From Ylistrum balloti (lineage: Eukaryota), in contig NW_026782269.1 of NCBI RefSeq assembly GCF_031769215.1, positions 1 through 64,000 on the forward strand: a stretch of 64,000 nucleotides of DNA, in the 5' to 3' direction. Positions 42,061 through 52,800 of the stretch are shown in pieces. The position numbers were made by a program, and so were the translations under genes. Each line of letters starts with the position of its first letter. The stretch's first letter is position 1. The notes beneath the pieces are model-generated. The model ran no database searches. It was not told where the DNA came from and was given only the letters and a program-made list of their open reading frames with translations.

Positions 42061-43299
42061 CTCCTCTTTCTATTTCCGTCTGGTTCAATCTTGAACAATA
42101 ACTTTGAGAAGAGTGATATCAGACTGTTTTTTTTTTGGCATTCTTTGACCATGGCTGTAACGTCCCTCGGCAATGTCCCTCCTTTCGTTGGTCTTTCTTG
42201 GAAGAATCCCAAAGGTTTTGACCAATGAAGGAGTGTCCATTAAATAAGAAAGGTCCTTTAGATATTTGAATTAGTCTGGGACGAAGTGCTTCTGTCATAT
42301 CACCATTATATTCAGAATATCTTACGCGATAGATGATGCTTGTCACAGACGTACAATACGGTTAATTATACGTTCTTGTCCTTGTGTAACTGAGGTCATT
42401 ACTTTTTTTCATTTCTATCACTTATGATCGTACCGGGAATCAGTTGTTTATTGTTATGCCACTCTACCGAGCGCGTGATAGATAAATCATTCCTAGCCTT
42501 GTTGACAGGAAGCGGACAGTCAGGTTTATACATCATAACATGTGTGTTGAATGTTGCTTCTTTTCTCTTATTTTTCTGTTTTCACGTTCCACCATTAAAA
42601 ATCGACAATAAATTTTCCGATGATTTGTCACTGTATTACACGTGCTTCATTACTTGTTTTAGCAGTAAAGCCATAGAAACATGAGCTATGATGAGTGTGG
42701 CCAATGATGTTAGTTTGTTTTATTACGTAACAGATACAGGCGCCGTTTTAGTATCAGAGAAGTATAATGTTGTATTATACTAAGTTTCTCGAAAACACTG
42801 TTTACAAGTATAAAAATTACATATTGAGAACGTTCTTTGCATAAAAAATGAATTCTTAATATCAGAAAATGGACGGTGTTTTATTTTCTGTGCTCAAAAA
42901 TTGAATTTCTTATTCTGATACGAGACACAAATTTTGAATTCATAGAAAAATGCAACTATTTTCTGGTTTCAAAAATTGCATTTTAATATCAAAAATTGAG
43001 AAAATTATTTTCTAATATAAAAAGATCGAAAATAGGAAATTTGTAGGAGAAATGGGTGACTACTTGTCAACAAGGCCGGCCCAGTTGCTCAAAGCATGGT
43101 TAAATGTAACCAATGATTAGAACTGTTGCTACTGAGAAAACCCAAATACTTTCAAAGGAAAACTAAGATTTAAATTACATGTTTATAAATCAGATGCATC
43201 ACAACAAATCTACAGAGCTCTGTGAAATAACAATGAAGGTTTTCGATTTCGTTTAATTCAAAGCGAGAAAATACCAACAAGTCAACACAATATAATTCT

Positions 43300-44430
43300 A
43301 ACTCAAATCCAAGAAAACTACGGCATAACGTGACCGAAGGAACGACTTACAAGGAGACTCCTTCACAAGGAGAATAAGACCAGGTGTTCCGAAGAGTAAG
43401 CACCTTCTGCTTCATCGACGCAACTCGCAATGTCAATCTTGATCAATCCAAGTAAATAATGTCAGGTTCTCAAACGAGAACAAGGTATACAACAACAGAA
43501 CAAGGAAAAAACATGCAAACTAACGGGCATCAAACACGTCCAGCTTCATATCGTACAAAGAAATATACTATTTCTCGATGAGATCACTATGACGATCGTA
43601 AAACTTTCCCATACTTTTTAACCAGCATCATTTTGAGACCCTGTCCGTCAGTTGACTTCTTGCATGAAAATCGTGATAATGGGTACAGGCCCTTGAAAAT
43701 CGAATCAACAAGTAACAGCAGCTAGGGTGCAGAGAGCGAAAGTGATCGTATCCCCTCGAGTATCGAGGATGCTCTGTCACTGAATATTCCAAAACATCCA
43801 TGTCCGTTACTAATTCCTGAAACTTCGCTGCATGAGAAAAGTTCAAATGTCACTTCGACAAACGATCTGTAATCCTGTTCAACTCTCCTCAATGTGAACC
43901 GCCCGCAGTTCGAACTCATGCATGGTAGAGTAAAAAATTATTTCACGAAGGCGGATGTAGTTGAACATGGACTGCACAGATAACATCACTTGGACAAAGG
44001 CATTGGTGTCCCAATTGACGACAATCTTCTTGCCCCTACAGTCACTCCTCCTAACTTGATACACTACTACCGTGAACAGATCAAGGACATTGATACTCCA
44101 GTTCTGAATAACAATAAACCCTGGAACTCTGTGTGAAAGCCCTTTGAAGATACTCCAACAGCCTGACAGGCATACATCAGATGAGAACCCTCCATCTGGA
44201 ACGGACCATTCTTCCATACACATCATGGAGACTCTGTTATACAAGACGAGAAACTCTCTCTACCACTGACAAGATCGCTCTTGACTTCAACTGGTACCTG
44301 AAGATCCATCTCTTTTCTTCTTGTTACTTTCCAGTCAGTTCAATAATCTGCTGATGACCGCCCGACTTTGTCGGACACAACTGGCAATAAACATCAATTT
44401 CCTCAGTAAGGACTGAATCTCGTGTAAGGA
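43300..44430 (-). mobile_element. Penelope-like RT fragment plus 3' region (same type as 26 kb)
   Basis: IGTPM (cf. GIPMG), YLLIRFSRACTHYHDF.ARSQL and KFYDRHSDLIEKY in broken frames; followed by the shared 3' motif at ~43370-43435. Confidence 0.7.
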
Positions 44431-44729
44431 GGCCATCTTTTTGTGTAACCAAATCAAAACCAAGTTAAGGTCTCCTCAACTCTGAAAGGAGGAACCTCTA
44501 ATGTCCAGGACTCTGTATAAAACAACACTCACAGAAAAATCATTCTGGTAGGGGGAGAAACAGCTTTTTTCTGAGACACTGCTAAAAAAACAATACTTTA
44601 AGACTGTCCCCAAAAATTCAAATACGGCGTGACTTTTGTTGCGCCCCCAAAATAGACCAGGTAATTCAGGTCATCATAGCCTGCTTGCGAACAGATAAAG
44701 GAGACACAAGCAAAGATGATTCCCTGTCA

Positions 44730-45112
44730 TATGTAGGCAACAGATCCGGAGCCATTAGACAACACTCTGATATATGTAGACAGCAGATCTGAGGCCCATA
44801 GACAGCACTCTGACATATGTAGACAACAGATATGGGACCCATAGACAGCACTCTGACATATGTAGACAGCAGATCTGAGGCCCATATACAGCACTCTGAC
44901 ATATGTAGACAACAGATATGGGACCAATAGACAGCACTCTGACATATGTAGACAGCAGATCTGAGGCCCATAGACAGCACTCTGACATATGAAGACAACA
45001 GATATGGGACCAATAGACAGCACTCTGACATATGTAGACAGCAGATCTGAGGCCCATAGACAGCACTCTGACATATGTAGACAACAGATATGGGACCCAT
45101 AGACAGCACCCT
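44730..45112. repeat. 43-bp minisatellite with strict A/B alternation (86-bp higher-order unit)
   Basis: ATAGACAGCACTCTGACATATGTAGAC followed alternately by AGCAGATCTGAGGCCC or AACAGATATGGGACC(C/A). Confidence 0.95.
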
Positions 45113-45659
45113 GTCAAAATAAATTATTCTTTTCCACAATTATCCCACCAGTTGCTTATCCCCGGATCTATGGGACTTTATCTGAAGGCTCTTTTTAAAT
45201 TTGTAAATTAGAAGGGTAGGCAACCCCTCCCCCAGGACTGGTCAAAAGTTACTCACCAAGACATGTATGCGGTGTTGACTACCTATCTGACCGAGAATAC
45301 GGATATACATGCGGGAGTTATTTATACATTTATTGTGACAAATTTTACTTTAGGGAAATTAAGCTAACCAAGCTTTAAGCAACTACAAGTAAACCCTCTA
45401 TGGAATTTTAGTTTTACGCGCAACGGAACCACAGATTCGTGGAAAATACAAGAACCGTTATTTTATGTTGAATGTATGGCAACGGTAAACATAAGCTCGA
45501 ATTAACTTGTATTTCAACAAAGAAAAACAAAGGAACACAGTCATGTAAACATACTTAAGATCATAGACCACAGTAGATAACGGTGAAAAATATCAATTAT
45601 AGCAAAGCATCACAGTTTGACACTATCTGCTGACAACCGAAACCGATGCTATAGGTAGC

Positions 45660-45900
45660 TAAGTAAGGATGAAAGACGTGGGTTTTTTTTTAATGAAGAC
45701 AGTTGATCATGCGGGATTCTTTTACAAACATTGGAGATACTGGGAAGTACACTAACTGACCTATAATTGGTTTTGTCCAGACCGGGGTCATTAGTCTTAT
45801 ATACTGATGTTACCTGAACAAACTTCCGGAAAGATGCAACTGTTAATAAAAAGTAATTAAAGGTCTTAAAGAACTGGAATGGCGGTGTGTACACAACATT
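45660..45900 (-). mobile_element. CR1/L2-like LINE RT N-terminal fragment
   Basis: FRKFVQVTSVYK...DKTNYRSVSVLPSISNVCKRIPHDQL resembles the W+.A.V.P+.K...NYRPIS+LP..SK+.E+++..QL motif. Confidence 0.7.
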
Positions 45901-46523
45901 TTAGGATTGTGCACGATATGTTGTCTACATCTGTGACTTTCCTTTCTAGAACTTTAAATAAAACCGCGGTAACATCGCTGTGCCCAATAGCGGAAAAAGA
46001 AAAACTGAAAGGATAATGAATATGGTCCCTAATAATGACGACACTTTCATGGTATCACAATTAATATTCATTTTTTATATTTTGTTGTCAGCAACATCAC
46101 TAAAGTGATAATTAAAAGTTTCACAAACTACTTTTGATCAACATTTATTTCCCCCACAATAAAATATTATTATCACCTTTGGCTTTGGTTTGATGGTGAA
46201 CCATAAGTCTTCTATAGGACCGTCACTACATCAGACTCTAAAATACTCTGATACAGACATTTTTTTTCAATTTGATAACTAAATTTCTCTTTTTCCTATA
46301 ACTTTTCCAATTTTCTGTAGTTCTTTATTTTCAGTATTAATTAAAACCGTTGGTTTTCTAAAAAATAGCTAAGCTTCTAAGATTTCCATTCATGTATGGC
46401 AGCTTACTTGGTCTGTTTTGTCTTTGCTTCATAGAAGTAAGATCATCGCTTAATTTTTCGGGGGCCCAGTGCTTATATTATAGCTCTGTTTAAACACTCT
46501 TTATTAAAATGTGAGTGAGCGAG

Positions 46524-46568
46524 GGAGAGCGAGCGAGAGAGAGAGGGGGTGGGAGAGCGAGAGAAGAA
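46524..46568 (+). promoter_or_regulatory. GA-rich (GAGA-like) tract in the putative SOWAH promoter/5' region
   Basis: GAGCGAGGGAGAGCGAGCGAGAGAGAGAGGGGGTGGGAGAGCGAGAGAAG about 125-170 bp upstream of the ATG; function inferred from position only. Confidence 0.35.
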
Positions 46569-46691
46569 ATTCAACATGCGTGTATGGACCTACAAGGATA
46601 TATTTCTTTCCCTAATCGAACGCCGCCTAACATGATCAACTACACGCTTGTTTCTGAATGAAGCGTTGTAGCGATAAGGACTATTTTGAAA

Positions 46692-46815
46692 ATGGCAGCT
46701 TCCGGGTTTACATTGGAAGCTGTCAGAGAATTTATCGAACAACGGGGCAATAAAGTCACAAATCACGAACTCGTTACAAGATTCAAGGCCGATTTAAATG
46801 ATCCACAATTCAAGG
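46692..46815 (+). CDS. SOWAH: SOWAH exon 1 (MAASG...PQFK, phase-1 end)
   Basis: ATG in AAAATGG context at 46692; donor G|GTAAGT at 46816. Confidence 0.92.
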
Positions 46816-49800
46816 GTAAGTATCCAATTAATGAAAACATGATATTTCTAGCACGTAACCTTCCACGATTACACCTAATTGTCGAAGATATTTCGACTGG
46901 TCGTCCGATTTACACGTTAAGGTATAGATTAAAATAATTTCGATTTATGTATCATACATTGGGACAATTTGTAACCTAAGGATCGGAACTATTGAGACTG
47001 AGTATGGTTGCAGTAATTCCAGCAACAGGCATGAGATCGGATGAGATACTTCCTTAGGTTAGGCATATCAACCCTTCATGGGGCAATAGTCGGGTGTACC
47101 CAATGAAATGTCCTGGGTATCTTTAGCGCCAGACAGTTCATTAAACTGCTGCCTTTCCAGATGGAGTCCACCCTAAGAAGGACCTATAGACTTGGTTCGC
47201 AAGACAACTGAAGCTGGCATTGTTTTGTAAATAGCCATGTTATTTGACTAAACATTAAAAACAGTACTTTTCAGGGTCAGCATATTTCAAAAGTGCCATG
47301 TCATGCCCGAATACATATGCATTTAATATTAATTTCAATCAAATTTACTGAATAAAAACAAATTGAAATGGCCTAAATATGTACATACTCAAATTCAAAT
47401 TAACTGAAGTACAATTTACCAGTTTTTCATAAAATCTTTATATCACTAATTGTCTTATAATTCATGATGAAAAATGGACATATATGCTATGTAATAGAGG
47501 TCATTTTGCCATCTCAATGCCTCCGCTAGGAATCGAACCCGGGACCCCTGGCTTACTAGTCTGACGCTCAACCAATCAAGCTAAAGAGAAGTTCTCTCTA
47601 GCCAAGTGGTATATTGCGGATAGCATTTTACCAGGGTTACATACTCCCCCTCCAGGAAATAACTCGTCCTCGAGTTTCCAGGGGTTACAGCGATGCTGAT
47701 GGGGCATGACTAAGTACTATTCCCAGGTCCCTACATGGGCGCCAGCGTGGGAGAGGTCATTATTTATTTCAATGCTTCCGCTAGGAATCGAACACGGGAC
47801 CCCTGGCTTACTAGTCTGACGCTCAACCAATCGAGCTAAAGAGAAGTTCTCTCTAGCCGAGTGGTATATTGCGGATAGTATTTTACCAGGGTTACATGCT
47901 ATATATATGCCTAGATGTTTCTATGCTTGTAAAATGAAAATTACACTGAAACTGTAAAATTTCTCAAACATGTTTATTGAGGACACAAGATACACGTAGT
48001 TCCTAACAAACTTTTAACACATATATAATATATATTACATGTACAAATAACTACTTGAGAGGTGACAGGTGACACTCGAACTGTACTTATCATTTAGCTG
48101 TGGTCAGTGTCACCAGGTAGATTAGTTAATCTGTAACATATAGAGTTGGGTATGCCCTCAGTAATTGAGTATAGTGTTATCTGTGGACACTGCATCAACT
48201 TAAACAGCATATTTCAATACTCTGTGGTAAGTCAATCAGAACAATTTTTTGCATGTTACTAGACACTGTAGTAAAGTGTATAATACAAAAACAATATAAA
48301 AAAAATATATTGATTAATGAACTGCTGGGCACTTAATGTGTCTCACGCCACTCCCAGGACACTCAATCCTATTAAACTCCATGACAGTTCACTATACTGC
48401 ATTATCATGTGTATACATTATCTTAAAATGTGGATTAAGATATTTTTCAGATGGTCACTCAGAATGATTTTTCACGTGGTGCTAGACATTGGTGTAAAGT
48501 ATATAATACAAAAGGAATTATTAAATGTTATTACTTCTAACTTTGTGTTAAAATAACGTTTTATATCACTAAATTTGTTCTGTACCTAGTACAAAGTGTA
48601 GCCAGTGGCAGAATTTAGTGCAAATGTCAAAGATAGGCCTGAATTTACTTAAGTTCTATTTTTAGCTACAATATAAGCAGTTGATAAAAAAATGGGGGGG
48701 GTGATAAAATTTGTGATTTTCACAAAAAGTGACACAACATAATTAACAACCTTTTGTTTAAAAATGTGTGATAATGCATTGACACATTTTTTGTTTGGAA
48801 ATGTTTAATAGAACTACTTAAAATGACCCTGCATTTGAGTGGCAACTAACTGATTATTCAAAGTGGTAACTATCCCTCAAGTGTAGGGCTATAACACATA
48901 TGAAATGTTGTGCCCAGCCTGTAGATCAACACACTTTTGCTGTTACGACCAAGACTGAAGTACTGGTAAATCTGGCTGTATAGCAAATGTAAACAAATGA
49001 ATCCTGCCTAGTCTTAATTATGGTGTGCATATCAAAATATGGATGGCAAATCTAGTGAGGCGGTGAATCAAACATAGGGCACCTTTTCCACTGAGTTGGT
49101 CGAACTTCATCTGCAATTTAGGTACTTGCATCCCTTTATACTCATCTTCTTTAATTTCACCAAACCTCCTTTGCATAGATAGATCATCTGGAGTGTGTGA
49201 ATGATGCTAAAAAAGAGATTGAACATATATCTATGTACATACAGTAAAGTTGATGTACAGGAGAGGTGTTAGAATAGTTTGAGCTGATTTTGATTTTGAA
49301 GCTGTATGTGGTAGCACTCTCTACTATGGTCGCAGGGAGGACATTCCATTAGACTGTGATTTGGGTAAAGAAGGATGATTTGAAGGCGTAGTTTTTTGCA
49401 GCTATAGATCTGAAATTGAGGTTCTAATGGTGAGATGTAAAATTTCCTAATTTCATTATTAACTACACTGCATATCTTAATTGCTTCTCCCACACATTTC
49501 ACATTCATAGCACAGTACGTTTTTTGCACAAAAACATCCTGCTGAAAGCACACCTGTGGCTTGCATCTTTATTTGTAGACATCACAATGAGTGAATGATG
49601 CCATATTGGATTGGCACACTATAGTGTGTTACTAAAATGTGTACATAGATACTGAAAAATTGCAAAAATGAAATTCCAAGAAATCATCTAAAATTGAGCA
49701 AATATGCAAAAAGTTTGAATTTCACTGACAACCAGAATGTTCCAGGCAACCAGCTTAGCCTACCAAGTTGAAGTGTGTTGTGGTTTTTCCTAATAGATTC

Positions 49801-52800
49801 AGGCAACCAGCTGTAGCCTAAAATGATGTGTGTTATCAGTTAGGTTTCAGGCAACAAACTGTGGCCTACTAAGTTGATGTGTGTGTTGTTCTATCAGCGA
49901 AGTTTTAGGCAACCAGCTATAGCCTACCAAGTTGATATGTGTTGTGTTTTTTAAAAATAGATTTCAGGCAACCAGATGTAGCCTAAGATGATGTGTGTTG
50001 TTAGCAAGGTTTCAGGCAACCAGCTGTGGCCTACCAAATTCAGACAACCAGATGTAGAAGAAAGTAGAATATACTGTTTGGTGACCTGGCTTCAGGAGTT
50101 GCTTCTCTTCTTTTTTCGATTTACAGTGTACATGTATTTTTTTTTTAAATAGGTTACATTCACCTTAATCCCCTTTCAAGATTACAGAGGTCAGATGTTT
50201 GAAAATCTTCAAACAACTTCTCAATAGAATGAAATGCCTAAAGTACTGATATTTTAACTGTATCATGCTGGCTGTGAAGGGATACAAAGTTGATGCAAAT
50301 GTATGACCTTGACCTGCTTTCATGTCACTGAGGTTTTCCATAACTGCATCCCACATTTTAATTCATTCAAACAATGGCACACTTCAGAATCTACATATCT
50401 ACATAACATTTTTCTAATTATCAGATATATGAAAGTTATGAGATTTACTGAAGTATGGGGCTAGTACACCTCCACATCTAGCTTTAGACATTTCTTATTA
50501 CCACTTTGGATGTTCCTTAATCACCTCATATGTTTAACGTTTAGGCCCTTAGCATCACTGACAAGGCCTAGGAGAATAAAACAGCTGTAGCATGCAGTTT
50601 AATTTATTGATTGGCTGTACTATATCTAACTCTAAATTTGTATTGCCTGGTAAATGGTGTTATTCACTTGTGTGTCGTTTGTACAATCTGTATTGATATA
50701 TGACTTCTAAAAAAAGCATAAATGACCTTTACATAGGTTTTTGTTCCACTTAGGAAACAAAGTCAACATGTAATTCAACCATAATCATTATTAACAGTGT
50801 TAAAAGGCTTTGTGGAGCTCATTCTAGACATGAACTGATAGAGGCACTACATACAACACTGAACAGGATCTGTTTGCAAATATGTTTCTCGGAACAAAAT
50901 ATCAAAATTACAATTTGTATATGGTGCTCTTCAGTTTCAAACCCACAAAGGAATAAGCTTGTTTGGATAGCTGTCTTCACCAGAAGTCATTTTGGAAACT
51001 TGCTGTGAACACACACTGTAGAGCAATAATTTGTTCATGGTAGCAACATAACTTTGCAAATGTCAATTGCTCTACTATCTGACGTCAATACACAAAACGT
51101 GTGCATTTCAGAAAAGCTCTGTGGGTTTATATCTCCTACCACATATTCTCATTTATCTTAATAATGTGTGATACTAATTAGGTCTTATACATTCTGCAGA
51201 AAAAAGTTAAAAAAATATATTTCCTATTCCCAATGGCTTTCCCTTCATGCCAGTGTCAGGCAAAAGTAACAGATAAGCAGAAGAAAGAGAACTAAACAAG
51301 CATTGTCATTTTGATTGTCCACACGTTACTCTAGTTAAACGCTGCTGTTTGTTAGCTATAAATACCTTGTCAAGAGAGAATTTCTCTCTGGATTAATCAG
51401 AAAAGCAATATTCTAGTGAGTCAGGAGTTCTGGATCTGATTTCTAGCCGGGATGTAGAAAAATAATGGCTGTTTCATTGGTGCTCAGTATTGTTCATGTA
51501 AGAGAAAAAACTGACAAAAACACTCAACCTTGTTTTGTCTGTTCACTTAACAAGTTTTGTTGCTTGTTGCATATTCTTCCAATTTTTCAGTGTGAAGTAT
51601 TTTGTTCAAGTGAGATATTTCATAGATCTCTCAACAGATTTATTTCATATTTATACCATAGTATCACAACATTAAGGTTTACAGCTTCTAAGATTTTGAT
51701 AGTCATCAGTCAAAGTTAGAGTCAAAAGTCACATGATCACTTTACTTTTATCAAGGGACAGTACTTTTACATTTGTGATAGTGAAGAGTCATGTGAATGA
51801 AGGCTGTTCTTGTAAATGTGATTACCATTTCTTCATGAAGGATTTTCAATTTTCTAAATACAAATAAGCTAAAACAATTAGCTATACCAGGTACATATAT
51901 TCAAAATGGTATTTGCAGATACCTTTGATAGTGTTTATTTCTATTTCAGGTAAAAATCGAGAAAATTTCAAGGATTTTGTAAATACTCTAGCAACTATCA
52001 AAGTAGATGAGGTAAGTACCTTTTTCATATTTCAGTGAATCTTGTAGTATATTTTACTAGGTATTGCGTCTATCAGGGGCCTGTCAGTAGAGGATGTAAC
52101 ACTTGTGTCTATCAGGGGCCTGTCAGTAGAGGATGTAACATTTGTGTCTATCAGGGGCCTGTCAGTAGAGAATGTAACATTTGTGTCTATCAGGGGCCTG
52201 TCAGTAGAGAATGTAACATTTGTGTCTATCAGGGGCCTGTCAGTAGAGAATGTAACATTTGTGTCTATCAGGGGCCTGTCAGTAGAGGATGTAACACTTG
52301 TGTCTATCAGGGGCCTGTCAGTAGAGAATGTAACATTTGTGTCTATCAGGGGCCTGTCAGTAGAGAATGTAACATTTGTGTCTATCAGGGGCCTGTCAGT
52401 ATAGGATGTAACACTTGTGTCTATCAGGGGCCTGTCAGTAGAGTCTATCAGGGGCCTGTCAGTAGAGAATGTAACATTTGTGTCTATCAGGGGCCTGTCA
52501 GTATAGGATGTAACACTTGTGTCTATCAGGGGCCTATCAGTATAGGATATAACCTCTGCCTTTGTTGGTATCAGAGTAACTTGTTAGTATACATTTGACT
52601 CTTTATGATTGTGATTGATATTTCACATCTAACCTGAATTTTCAACAATAAGCCCACGCTGATAATAAGTCCACTTACTGCAGATCAGTCATGTTATTCT
52701 ACTTATGTCCTGTAATAAGGCAACACCCTGATTTTAAGAGTTAATATGTTGATCACCTGGCTTCATTCTTGTCATGCCACAGATAAATGGCATTCATAGC

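Noticed and set aside
46816-46937. Extension of ORF 46686..46937 past the exon 1 donor
   Set aside because: Homology stops at PQFKG and resumes in the exon at 51950; the rest is intron read-through.
47510-47860. Two tRNA-Thr(AGT) genes
   Set aside because: Anticodon stem (TCAGA/GCCAG), T stem and acceptor stem do not pair; the blocks are parts of LTRs bounded by TSD, PBS and PPT.
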